Source: an uncultured Chloroflexota bacterium
GTDB taxonomy: Bacteria > Chloroflexota > UBA6077 > CF-72
Reading direction: 5' to 3'
Assembly (NCBI GenBank): GCA_964435115.1
Contig: CAYSYM010000005.1
Location: 68,224 to 92,223 of the forward strand
DNA length: 24,000 nucleotides
Shown: positions 7,283 to 15,001 of the stretch, in pieces
Position numbering within the stretch: the stretch's first letter is position 1
How the letters are laid out: each line of letters begins with the position of its first letter
Position numbers and translations under genes: made by a program
The notes under the pieces: model-generated
What the model saw: only the letters and a program-made list of their open reading frames with translations
What the model was told of the DNA's origin: nothing
Databases searched by the model: none

Positions 7283-8161
7283 GTGGCGGGTGTGATCAAC
7301 GGTGACCGGCGGGTGTCGGCGGGCACGTCGCCCTCCGACACCCGGCCCCCGGCCCCTGGCGCCCAGCCCGGGCCGCCGCGGTTGGAGGCCGAGCCGAAGA
7401 TTCGCGTCGAGCGGGCGACACGGACCTTCGTAGACGGCGGGGTCGTCGCCTTCGAGGAGCTCGACCTCGACGTACGCCCCAATGAGACGCTGTGCATCGT
7501 CGGCCCGTCGGGCTGCGGGAAGACCACCCTGCTGCGCAGCCTGGCCGGACTCCTCCCGCTGACGGACGGGCGCGTGCTGCTGGATGGCAAGCCGGTCGCC
7601 AGCCCCACACCCAGCGTGGTGATGGTCTTCCAGCACTTCGGCCTGTTCCCCTGGAAGACGGTGTGGGAGAACGTGACCTACGGCCTGAAGCTGCGGGGCG
7701 TGCCACGCAGCGAGTGGCAGCCGCGAGTGGCCCCGTACCTGGAGCTGGTCGGCCTGGCCGGCTTCGAGGCCATGTACCCCTACCAGCTCTCGGGCGGCAT
7801 GCAGCAGCGCTGCGGCCTGGTGCGCGCCCTGGCGGTCAACCCGGACGTGCTCCTCATGGACGAGCCGTTTGCCGCGCTGGACGCGCAGACGCGCGAGCTG
7901 CTGCAGGAGGAGCTACTGCGCATCCTCGAGCGCGAGCGGAAGACGATGGTGTTCATCACCCACAGCATCGACGAGGCGATCATGCTGGGCGACCGGATCG
8001 TGGTGATGTCCGCGCGGCCGGGCCGAGTGCGCGAGCTGATCGAGGTCGGCCTGCCGCGGCCGCGGAACCTGGAAGCGGTCCGGGCGACCGGCCGCTACGC
8101 CGAGCTGCGGGTCCACATCTGGGAGGAGCTGCGGCCGCAAGCCGCGGCGGCGGTGAGGTGA
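7283..8161 (+). CDS. ABC transporter ATP-binding protein (NitT/TauT family)
   Basis: Walker A GPSGCGKTT, signature LSGGMQQR, Walker B LLMDEPF, H-loop ITHSIDE. GTG 7283 sits 9-11 nt after GGAGGGG. Alternatives are GTG 7253 (inside the repeat), GTG 7292 and TTG 7382. The first ~35 residues are Pro-rich and non-conserved. Confidence 0.85.
   Translation: MAGVINGDRRVSAGTSPSDTRPPAPGAQPGPPRLEAEPKIRVERATRTFVDGGVVAFEELDLDVRPNETLCIVGPSGCGKTTLLRSLAGLLPLTDGRVLLDGKPVASPTPSVVMVFQHFGLFPWKTVWENVTYGLKLRGVPRSEWQPRVAPYLELVGLAGFEAMYPYQLSGGMQQRCGLVRALAVNPDVLLMDEPFAALDAQTRELLQEELLRILERERKTMVFITHSIDEAIMLGDRIVVMSARPGRVRELIEVGLPRPRNLEAVRATGRYAELRVHIWEELRPQAAAAVR
7311..7343. repeat. 9-bp perfect inverted repeat built from the heptamer motif
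   Basis: GGGTGTCGG (7311-7319) and CCGACACCC (7335-7343) are separated by 15 nt, 45 nt downstream of array A, within the 5' end of the ATPase ORF as called. Confidence 0.8.
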
Positions 8162-8176
8162 TCTGAGGTCCCTGCC

Positions 8177-9055
8177 ATGACGTCCACGACGATCCGTGAC
8201 TCAGCCCCGCGTCCGACGGCCGCACCAGACCGCGCCGGCCACGTCGCCGAGCTGGCCGCGCGCGGCCGGGCGCGCGCCGCGGCCCGGCGCCGCCGCGAGC
8301 GCACGTTCGAGCTCGCGGTGCGTCTCGCCTCACTCGCGGCCCTGCTCCTGCTGTGGGAGATCTACGGTCGCAGCGTCAACAAGGCGCTCTTCGCGCCGCC
8401 CAGCGCCGTGCTCCTGGCCGGCACCACGATGGTGCAGAGTGGCGAGCTGTGGCGCTACCTGCAGGGTAGCCTGCAGGTGCTAGCCATCGGGTTCCTGATT
8501 GCCCTCGCCATCGGACTACCGCTGGGTGTGGCGATGGCGCGCAGCAAGATCGTCCGCTACGCCCTGGACTGGTACGTCGACGCCTTCAACTCCACGCCCA
8601 ATGTCGCCCTGGTGCCGCTGATCACCCTCATCTTCGGCTTCGACGTGACGGCCAAGGTGATCGTCGTCGTGATCTCGTCCGTGTTCGTCGTCATCGTCAA
8701 CACGCAGCAAGGGGTGCGGCACGTCGACCGCCGGCTGCTGGAGGTGGCGCACTCCTTCCGGTCGACCGAGCGCCAGCTCTGGGGCGATGTGATCATCCCC
8801 TCCGCGCTGCCCTACATCGCCGCCGGGGTACGGCTGGCGCTCGGGCGTGCTCTGGTGGGGATGGTGGTGGCGGAGTTCTTCACCTCGATCACTGGCGTCG
8901 GCTACCTGATCGTGCGCTACAGCAACTCGTTCCAGCCGGACTACCTGCTGGTTCCCGTCGTCGTCGTCATGGCCCTCGGTATCTTCCTGACGACGATCTC
9001 GCGCCAGGTCGAGAAGCGCATCGCGCCGTGGAACAAGGCCACGTCTGAGGACTGA
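8177..9055 (+). CDS. ABC transporter permease (NitT/TauT family, BPD_transp_1)
   Basis: ATG 8177 with GAGG 8 nt upstream. Multi-helix membrane protein with the binding-protein-dependent permease EAA-like loop region (...LEVAHSFRSTERQLWGDVIIPSALPYIAAGVRLALGRALVGMVVAEF). Confidence 0.85.
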   Translation: MTSTTIRDSAPRPTAAPDRAGHVAELAARGRARAAARRRRERTFELAVRLASLAALLLLWEIYGRSVNKALFAPPSAVLLAGTTMVQSGELWRYLQGSLQVLAIGFLIALAIGLPLGVAMARSKIVRYALDWYVDAFNSTPNVALVPLITLIFGFDVTAKVIVVVISSVFVVIVNTQQGVRHVDRRLLEVAHSFRSTERQLWGDVIIPSALPYIAAGVRLALGRALVGMVVAEFFTSITGVGYLIVRYSNSFQPDYLLVPVVVVMALGIFLTTISRQVEKRIAPWNKATSED

Positions 9056-9062
9056 GCGATGC

Positions 9063-9088
9063 GGACTGAGGGGGCTGCCTCTCAGTCC
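9063..9088 (+). other. intercistronic GC-rich hairpin
   Basis: GGACTGAG (9063-9070) pairs with CTCAGTCC (9081-9088), a perfect 8-bp stem. It is extendable by G-C/G-U pairs to ~11 bp with a 4-nt loop. No U-tract follows. Confidence 0.5.
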
Positions 9089-9100
9089 CCAGTCCTCGGT

Positions 9101-9122
9101 CCGGAGCTGTACCGGAGCTGTA
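9101..9122 (+). repeat. perfect tandem duplication of an 11-mer
   Basis: CCGGAGCTGTA occurs twice (9101-9111, 9112-9122), directly upstream of the GAGGAGAG SD of the cyclase gene. Confidence 0.85.
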
Positions 9123-9139
9123 GAGGAGAGCAACCACCC

Positions 9140-10009
9140 GTGAGAATTGTCGACCTGACCCAGCCGTGGGGCGACCGCATGCCCACCTGGCCGCAGTTCG
9201 CCTCGATCGAGGTGACGGACATCACCACCCACCACCGGGATCGGAAGAGCACGGTGCTGGTCAAGACGAACATGCACACGGGCACCCATATCGACGCCCC
9301 CATCCACTACAGCGAGACCGGCCGGCACCTGGGCGAGATCCCGCTGGCAGACCTCGCCGGTACCGGGCTCGTCATCGACCTGCGCCCGGTCAGCCAGCCC
9401 TGGAGCTACTACTCGCTGGACGACGTGCTGGGCTGCCTGCCCCGCGGCGAGCAGATCCGCGAGGGAGACGTCGTCGTGTTCTACACCGGCTGGGACCGCT
9501 ACAACTGGACGCGGCCTACGCGTGATGACGTGATGTACTTCGACCGCCACCCCGGCCCGCGGCCGGAGGTGATCGACTACCTGATCGACAGGAAGATCAA
9601 GTGGCTGGGCGCCGACCTGGCGTCGATGGACCACTCGCTGCACGTGCGGGTGCGCTGGATGCGGCCGGACCTGGTGCGGGAGTACGAGCAGGTGACCGGC
9701 CGGCCCATCGAGGAGACGCTGCCGGCGAAGGACTTCGAGTACGTCCACTACCGCACGGCGCGCAACAACATCTGCCTGCTCGAGAACCTGGGTGGCGAGA
9801 TCGCCGAGGTGGCCGGCCAGCGCATGGTGCTGGGCGCGTTCCCGTGGCGCTGGATCAACGGCGAGGGGTGCATCTGCCGCGTGGCCGCGTTCCTGGGCGT
9901 GGACGACGTCGAGGGCGACACGCCGCCCGGCGGGCTGCCGCGGGCGGCCGACGCGGGGACGACCCCGGCCCGGATCCTGGCGGACGGCGCGCGCCCGGTG
10001 AGCTACTGA
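9140..10009 (+). CDS. cyclase family protein (kynurenine formamidase / isatin hydrolase-like, PF04199-type)
   Basis: Diagnostic motif HTGTHIDAPIHY (HxGTHxDxPxH). The N-terminus VRIVDLTQPW is typical of the family. GTG 9140 follows GAGGAGAG. Third-position G/C is low between ATG 9059 and 9140 and high after 9140, so the track start 9059 is rejected. Confidence 0.8.
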   Translation: MRIVDLTQPWGDRMPTWPQFASIEVTDITTHHRDRKSTVLVKTNMHTGTHIDAPIHYSETGRHLGEIPLADLAGTGLVIDLRPVSQPWSYYSLDDVLGCLPRGEQIREGDVVVFYTGWDRYNWTRPTRDDVMYFDRHPGPRPEVIDYLIDRKIKWLGADLASMDHSLHVRVRWMRPDLVREYEQVTGRPIEETLPAKDFEYVHYRTARNNICLLENLGGEIAEVAGQRMVLGAFPWRWINGEGCICRVAAFLGVDDVEGDTPPGGLPRAADAGTTPARILADGARPVSY

Positions 10010-10103
10010 TGCGCCGCGCGGAACCTGGAGCTCGGCGCGCGCCGGCCGCACCAGAAGGAGTAAGCGCGAAGGGCTCCGACGCCACGCGAGAGGGAGAGCG
10101 ACC

Positions 10104-11210
10104 GTGACGATAGCTGCCGCAACCGACGTGACTGCCCGCGCTGGCATCCCGGACACCATGCGCGCGCTCGTGTTCACAGCGCCCAACGCGCACGCAGTGC
10201 GCGCGGTGCCGACGCCCCGCCCCGGGCCGATGGAAGTGCTGTGCCGGGTCGACTCGGTGGCCATCTGCGGTACCGACCTGCATATCTACGAGGGCAAGTT
10301 CGCCGGCCGCTGGCCGCGCAGCTACCCGTTCATCCCGGGCCACGAGTGGTCCGGCACGGTGGTCGAGCTGGGCCCGGGGGCCGGTGAGCTGGGCTGGCAG
10401 GTGGGCGATCGGGTCGCCGGTACCTCGCACGCCGGCTGCGGCTACTGCCGCATGTGTGCCACCGGCCGTTACACCCTGTGCGACAACTACGGCAAGGAGC
10501 CCATCCACCATCAGTACGGCCACTACAGCCAGGGCGCCGACGCCCAGTACGTGGTGCACTCCGTCAAGTCGGTCTTCAAGCTGCCGGACGGGCTAGACCT
10601 GCCCTACGGGGCCATGGTGGACACGGCCAGCATCGCGCTGCACTCGGTGAAGCGGCCGGGCATTCGCCCCGGCGAGACCGTCGTAGTGGTGGGCTCCGGC
10701 CCGATGGGCCTGCTCACCGCCGACTGCGCCTACGCGCTCGGCGCCGCCCGCGTGATCGTGACCGGCTCGGGCCAGCGGCTGGAGAAGGCGCGCGAGCTCG
10801 GCTTCCACACGGTGAACTACCGCCAGGAGGACCCCGTGGCGGCGGTCCGCCACCTGACGGACGGCCAGGGCGCGCACGTGGCGGTGGACACCGGCGGCAC
10901 CGTGGACAGCATCCGCCAGGCGGTCGACGTGGTCCGCAAGGGCGGCCGGGTCGCCTTCACCGGCGTGCCGACCGAGGGCACGGTGACCTTCCCCATGCAG
11001 CGCCTCGTGCTGGAGGAGATCGACCTGTACGGTGTGCGAGCCAACCCCAACGCCATGGAGGAGGTGATCGCGCTAATCGCCACCGGGCGCGTCCGGGTGA
11101 AGCCCCTGGTGACCCACACCTTCAGCCTCGACCAGTACGGCGAGGCGCTGCACACCTTCGCCGAACGGGTGGATGGCGCGCTCAAGGTGCTGGTTCGACC
11201 GAATGGCTGA
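10104..11210 (+). CDS. zinc-dependent alcohol/polyol dehydrogenase (MDR superfamily)
   Basis: Catalytic Zn motifs CGTDLH and GHEWSGTVVELG, structural Zn loop GCGYCRMCATGRYTLC, Rossmann motif VVVGSGPMGLL. GTG 10104 follows GGGAGAG. ATG 10158 (MRALVF...) is an alternative start supported by codon bias. Confidence 0.85.
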   Translation: MTIAAATDVTARAGIPDTMRALVFTAPNAHAVRAVPTPRPGPMEVLCRVDSVAICGTDLHIYEGKFAGRWPRSYPFIPGHEWSGTVVELGPGAGELGWQVGDRVAGTSHAGCGYCRMCATGRYTLCDNYGKEPIHHQYGHYSQGADAQYVVHSVKSVFKLPDGLDLPYGAMVDTASIALHSVKRPGIRPGETVVVVGSGPMGLLTADCAYALGAARVIVTGSGQRLEKARELGFHTVNYRQEDPVAAVRHLTDGQGAHVAVDTGGTVDSIRQAVDVVRKGGRVAFTGVPTEGTVTFPMQRLVLEEIDLYGVRANPNAMEEVIALIATGRVRVKPLVTHTFSLDQYGEALHTFAERVDGALKVLVRPNG

Positions 11211-11288
11211 ACGGCGCGCGGGCTCCACGGAGCCCCCGACGCCCGCCCCTGGCCTCGCCGCAAGGTGCGGCGGCGGCCGCCGGCCGGG

Positions 11289-12425
11289 ATGGTGCGCATG
11301 ACCGTGCCCCTCACGGAGGCCCGCGGCGCGCCCGCCCTCCCCGCCAGCATGCGCGCGGTCGTCCTCCCCGAGCCGAACCGGTTCGAGCTGCGCGACGACG
11401 TGCCCGTGGTGCGGCCCGGGCCCGGCCAGGCGCTCCTCAAGGTCAGGAGCACGACGATCTGTGCCACCGACCAGAAGATCTTCGCGGGCCAATTCCCCGG
11501 CACGCGCTTCCCCCACACGCCGGGGCACGAGTTCGCCGGGGAGGTCGTGGCCGCGGGACCAGATGTGGACGAGGTGCAGCCGGGCGATCGCGTCGGCGTG
11601 GAGGTGCACGCCGGCTGCGGGCGGTGCCCGCGCTGCCTCGAAGGGCTCTATCAGCTCTGCGAGAACTACGGCCGTCCCGAGAAGGGGCACGCGCACATTG
11701 GGTTCACCGTCCCTGGCGGTCTGGCGGAGTACGCGGTCGTGCCGCTGAAGGCGCTGCACAAGCTGCCTGCCCGGCTGAGCTGGGACGAAGGCGCCTTCAC
11801 CGACAACGTCGGCGTGGCCCTGTACGCCGTGGAGCGCGGCCGGCTCCAGCCTGGAGAGAGCGTGGCCGTCGTCGGGCCAGGCGCGTTCGGCGGCCTGGCG
11901 ATCCAGGTGGCCCGAGCCATGGGCGCCGGCCGTGTGGTGCTGGTGGGGACCCGCCCCGAGCGCATGGCGCGCATCCAGGGCATGGGGGCGGACGCGCTGG
12001 TGGCGGCGCGCGGCGACGAGGCGGTGGAGCGCGTCAGGCGGACCCTCGGCGGCCGGGGTGCCGACCTGGTCGTCGAGTTCGCCGGCACGCCGGAGGCCGC
12101 CCGCCAGGCGATCCAGATGGCGCGGCGCGGCGGCCGGGTGGTGCTCGCGGGGGCGACCGGCCCGGGCCGCGAGCTGAGCGGCGTCGACCTGAGCACGATC
12201 GTGCGTGGCCACCTGGACATCTACGGCTCGTTGGCGAACCCAAAGGGCGTCTCGCGCCGCGGCCTGGAGCTGATCGCCCGCGGCACGGTGGACGTGAAGC
12301 CGCTGATCACGCACCATTTCCCGCTCGCCCGGTTCGCCGAAGCATGGGCGACGTTCGTCGAGCGACGCGGCGGCGCGATCCGTGTGATGCTGCACCCGCA
12401 CGACGACGGGGTCGGCGAGCGGTGA
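11289..12425 (+). CDS. zinc-dependent alcohol/polyol dehydrogenase (MDR superfamily), second copy
   Basis: CATDQKIF, PGHEFAGEVVAAG, structural Zn loop GCGRCPRCLEGLYQLC, VVGPGAFGGLA. Start uncertain: ATG 11289, ATG 11298 or ATG 11349 (MRAVVLPEPN, family-typical); the track uses 11265. Confidence 0.8.
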   Translation: MVRMTVPLTEARGAPALPASMRAVVLPEPNRFELRDDVPVVRPGPGQALLKVRSTTICATDQKIFAGQFPGTRFPHTPGHEFAGEVVAAGPDVDEVQPGDRVGVEVHAGCGRCPRCLEGLYQLCENYGRPEKGHAHIGFTVPGGLAEYAVVPLKALHKLPARLSWDEGAFTDNVGVALYAVERGRLQPGESVAVVGPGAFGGLAIQVARAMGAGRVVLVGTRPERMARIQGMGADALVAARGDEAVERVRRTLGGRGADLVVEFAGTPEAARQAIQMARRGGRVVLAGATGPGRELSGVDLSTIVRGHLDIYGSLANPKGVSRRGLELIARGTVDVKPLITHHFPLARFAEAWATFVERRGGAIRVMLHPHDDGVGER

Positions 12426-12591
12426 GTCGGGCCGGGCTTCTCCCGCGCGCCTGGGTCCTGGGTGGGGGATCGCGCTACCCTATGCCTCGGTGGTTCACGC
12501 TCTCTCTCCCCGCGCGCGCGATCCGTGGCCCGGTGGCTGGCGCGGACCGGCGCGGGTGCGAAGCGTGGGCTGAGCCGCCGTCGGAGGTCCC

Positions 12592-13542
12592 ATGCCCCTA
12601 GATCCCCAGGCTGAGCGGTTCATCGCGGAGGCGGTCGCGGCCGGCGCGCGGCCCACCCACACGCTCTCCATCGCCGAGGCGCGCCAGGCGCTGCGCACGC
12701 GCCACGAGCAGGGTGGCGGCACGCCGCCGGCGATCGCCTCGGTCGTGGACCGCCAGGTCCCGGGGCCGGCCGGGTCGATCCGGGTACGGGTCTACACGCC
12801 GTTCGGTAGCGGCCCGTTTCCCGTGCTGGTCTACTTGCATGGTGGCGGCTGGCTGCGCGGCGACCTGGAGACGCACGACCGCCTGTGCCGCTACCTGGCC
12901 GACGGCGCCGCCTGCCTGGTGGTGTCGGTCGACTACCGCCTGGCGCCCGAGCACACGTTCCCGGCCCCGGTCGAGGACACTATGGCCGCCACCGAGTGGG
13001 TGGCCGCCCACGCCGCGGAGATCGGCGCTGATCCGACGCGGATCGCCGTCGGCGGCGACAGCGCGGGCGGCAACCTCGCCGCGGTCGTGGCGCTGCTGGC
13101 GCGCGAGCGAGGCCGGCCGCGGCTCGTCTTCCAGCTCCTCGTCTACCCCGTCACCAGCTACGCCTTCGACACCCCGTCCTACCACGAGAACGCCACCGGC
13201 TACGTGCTGACGAAGGCGGACATGGAGTGGTACTGGCACCACTACCTGCCCGACGCCGCCGCCGGGCGCGACGTGCGTGCCTCCCCGCTCCTGGCGGCGG
13301 ACCTCGGCCACCTCCCACCGGCGCTGGTGATCACCGCCGAGTACGACCCGCTGCGCGACGAGGGCGAGGCGTACGCCGCGCGACTCCGCGAGGCGGGTGT
13401 GCCGGCGACCACGCGTCGCTACCCTGGCATGATCCACGGCTTCTTCGCGCTCCCCGGTATCTTCGACCAGGGCCAGCGCGCGATTGACGAGGCGACCGCG
13501 GTCCTGCGCGCCAGCTTCACGCAGGTGGCCGCTCTTCCCTGA
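12592..13542 (+). CDS. alpha/beta hydrolase, hormone-sensitive-lipase-like (family IV) esterase
   Basis: GGAGG lies 5 nt upstream of ATG 12592. Oxyanion motif HGGGW, nucleophile elbow GDSAGG, acid DPLRDEG and His in MIHGF are in canonical order. Confidence 0.85.
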   Translation: MPLDPQAERFIAEAVAAGARPTHTLSIAEARQALRTRHEQGGGTPPAIASVVDRQVPGPAGSIRVRVYTPFGSGPFPVLVYLHGGGWLRGDLETHDRLCRYLADGAACLVVSVDYRLAPEHTFPAPVEDTMAATEWVAAHAAEIGADPTRIAVGGDSAGGNLAAVVALLARERGRPRLVFQLLVYPVTSYAFDTPSYHENATGYVLTKADMEWYWHHYLPDAAAGRDVRASPLLAADLGHLPPALVITAEYDPLRDEGEAYAARLREAGVPATTRRYPGMIHGFFALPGIFDQGQRAIDEATAVLRASFTQVAALP

Positions 13543-13562
13543 CCCACGGAGGTTCGCACCTG

Positions 13563-14555
13563 ATGGCTGTCACTACCCCCACCCCTGCGGCTGTCGTGCA
13601 GCCGACTCCCGACGAGCTGCAGGAGGCACTGCGGCTCATGCTCACCATCCGCCGGTTCGACGAGCAGGCGCTGGCGCTGTACCGGGCGGGCGAGATGCGC
13701 GGGACCACCCACCCGTACATCGGCATGGAAGCGGTGGGCGTGGGCGTGGTGGCGGCCCTCCGTCCAGACGACTACGTCACGAGCACCCATCGCGGTCACG
13801 GCCACACCATCGCCAAGGGCGGCGACATCAGGAAGATGATGGCCGAGCTGCTGGGCAAGGCGACCGGCTACTCGGGCGGGAAAGGCGGCAGCATGCACGT
13901 AGCCGACATGGACAAGCACATGCTGGGCGCCAACGGCATCGTCGGCGGCGGCATGGGGTTGGCCACAGGCGCCGCGCTGACCGCCAGGCTCCAGGGCGCC
14001 GACTCGGTCGCCGTGTGCTTCTTCGGCGACGGCGCGCTCAACCAGGGCATCCTGCACGAGACGAGCAACCTGGCGGCGATCTGGAAGCTGCCGGTCCTGT
14101 TCGTGTGTGAGAACAACCAATACGCCATGTCCACCCGGGCCGAGTGGAGCATAGCCGGCGGCGATCCGGCCGGGCGGGCCGCGGCCTACGGGCTGCCGGG
14201 CGTCACGGTCGACGGCATGGACTTCTTTGCGGTCCACGAGGCTGCCCACCGGCTCGTCGAACGGGCGCGGCGCGGCGAGGGGCCAGCGTACCTGGTCTGT
14301 AACACCTACCGCTACTATGGCCACCACGCCGGCGACCCGCTGAACTACCGGGGGAAGGATGAGGTGGACCGCTGGCGCGAGCAGGACCCGATTGCACGCC
14401 TGCAGCGGGCGCTCATCGAGCGCGGGGTGCTCAGCGCCGGCGAGGCGGCCGAGCTGGAGCAGCGCGTCGCAGCCGAGGTCGAAGCGGCGGTCGCGTTTGC
14501 CAAGGCCAGCCCGGAGCCGACGGTCGACCAACTGATGACCGACATCTACGCGTAG
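13563..14555 (+). CDS. 2-oxoacid (pyruvate/acetoin-type) dehydrogenase E1 component, alpha subunit (TPP-dependent)
   Basis: GGAGG lies 10 nt upstream of the start. Motifs: HRGHGHTIAKG, GGKGGSMH, and the TPP-binding GDGALNQG...VCENNQYAMST. Confidence 0.9.
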   Translation: MAVTTPTPAAVVQPTPDELQEALRLMLTIRRFDEQALALYRAGEMRGTTHPYIGMEAVGVGVVAALRPDDYVTSTHRGHGHTIAKGGDIRKMMAELLGKATGYSGGKGGSMHVADMDKHMLGANGIVGGGMGLATGAALTARLQGADSVAVCFFGDGALNQGILHETSNLAAIWKLPVLFVCENNQYAMSTRAEWSIAGGDPAGRAAAYGLPGVTVDGMDFFAVHEAAHRLVERARRGEGPAYLVCNTYRYYGHHAGDPLNYRGKDEVDRWREQDPIARLQRALIERGVLSAGEAAELEQRVAAEVEAAVAFAKASPEPTVDQLMTDIYA

Positions 14556-14579
14556 GTGTCGGGTGTCGGGTGTCGGGTG
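14556..14579 (+). repeat. tandem heptamer array B (3 perfect GTGTCGG + GTG)
   Basis: Begins at the base immediately after the E1alpha stop TAG (14553-14555). Runs into GAGGAG (14579-14584), the SD of the four-helix-bundle gene. Confidence 0.95.
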
Positions 14580-14593
14580 AGGAGATGCAGACG

Positions 14594-15001
14594 ATGACGG
14601 CGATGGCTGGCTACCGAGAGCTCCGGGTCTGGCAGGCAGCGATGGACCTGGTGGAGGGCGTCTACCGGCACACGCAGACCTTCCCGAAGCAGGAGGTCTA
14701 CGGACTGGCCGCGCAGCTTCAGCGGGCGGCGGTTTCTATCCCGGCCAACGTCGCGGAAGGACACGTCCGCGACCACCTCAAGGAGTACTTGCGGCACATC
14801 TCGGTGGCGCAGGGCTCGCTGGCCGAGCTCGAGACACAGCTCGAGATCGCCCGGCGACTGGGCTACGTCGAGCGAGCCGCCCATCGAGAGCTCCTCGAGC
14901 AGACGGCTTCCATCGGCAAGCAGCTCTATGCGCTGCGCAACTCTCTCGGCAAGAAGCTCAACACTGAATCGACGGCGCACGTGGAGCCCTCATGGCCGTA
15001 G
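14594..15001 (+). CDS. four helix bundle protein (23S rRNA intervening-sequence protein / S23p family, TIGR02436-like)
   Basis: Family-typical sequence [18 protein letters not shown]...[27 protein letters not shown]...[18 protein letters not shown]. In-frame starts are GTG 14570 and ATG 14585/14594/14603. ATG 14594 has the best spacing (9 nt) from GAGGAG. Stop TAG 14999-15001 overlaps the E1beta ATG 14992. Confidence 0.85.
   Translation: MTAMAGYRELRVWQAAMDLVEGVYRHTQTFPKQEVYGLAAQLQRAAVSIPANVAEGHVRDHLKEYLRHISVAQGSLAELETQLEIARRLGYVERAAHRELLEQTASIGKQLYALRNSLGKKLNTESTAHVEPSWP

Noticed and set aside
9059-9139. ATG 9059 as cyclase start
   Set aside because: Third-position G/C is low in this stretch. 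It contains a strong hairpin and an 11-nt tandem duplication. The family-typical N-terminus and SD point to GTG 9140.
8516-10264. 582-aa minus-strand ORF (and similar ones at 5720-6754, 15939-17516 and 17810-19468)
   Set aside because: All are antisense to + strand genes with strong family motifs. Their composition (R, G, P, A, D, H runs) is typical of GC-rich shadow ORFs.
11220-11235. GGGCTCC-AC-GGAGCCC hairpin just after the first dehydrogenase stop as a terminator
   Set aside because: The loop is only 2 nt, so the effective stem is ~5-6 bp. No U-tract follows and the next gene comes on the same strand within ~55-80 nt. The evidence is insufficient.
10454-12601. 715-aa plus-strand ORF across both dehydrogenase genes
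   Set aside because: It is out of frame with two ORFs that carry complete MDR zinc-dehydrogenase motifs. Its translation is a near-continuous Arg/Pro/Gly string.
14594-15001. Four-helix-bundle protein as the Avd component of a diversity-generating retroelement
   Set aside because: No reverse transcriptase gene and no template/variable repeat pair (adenine-specific mismatches) are visible anywhere in the window.
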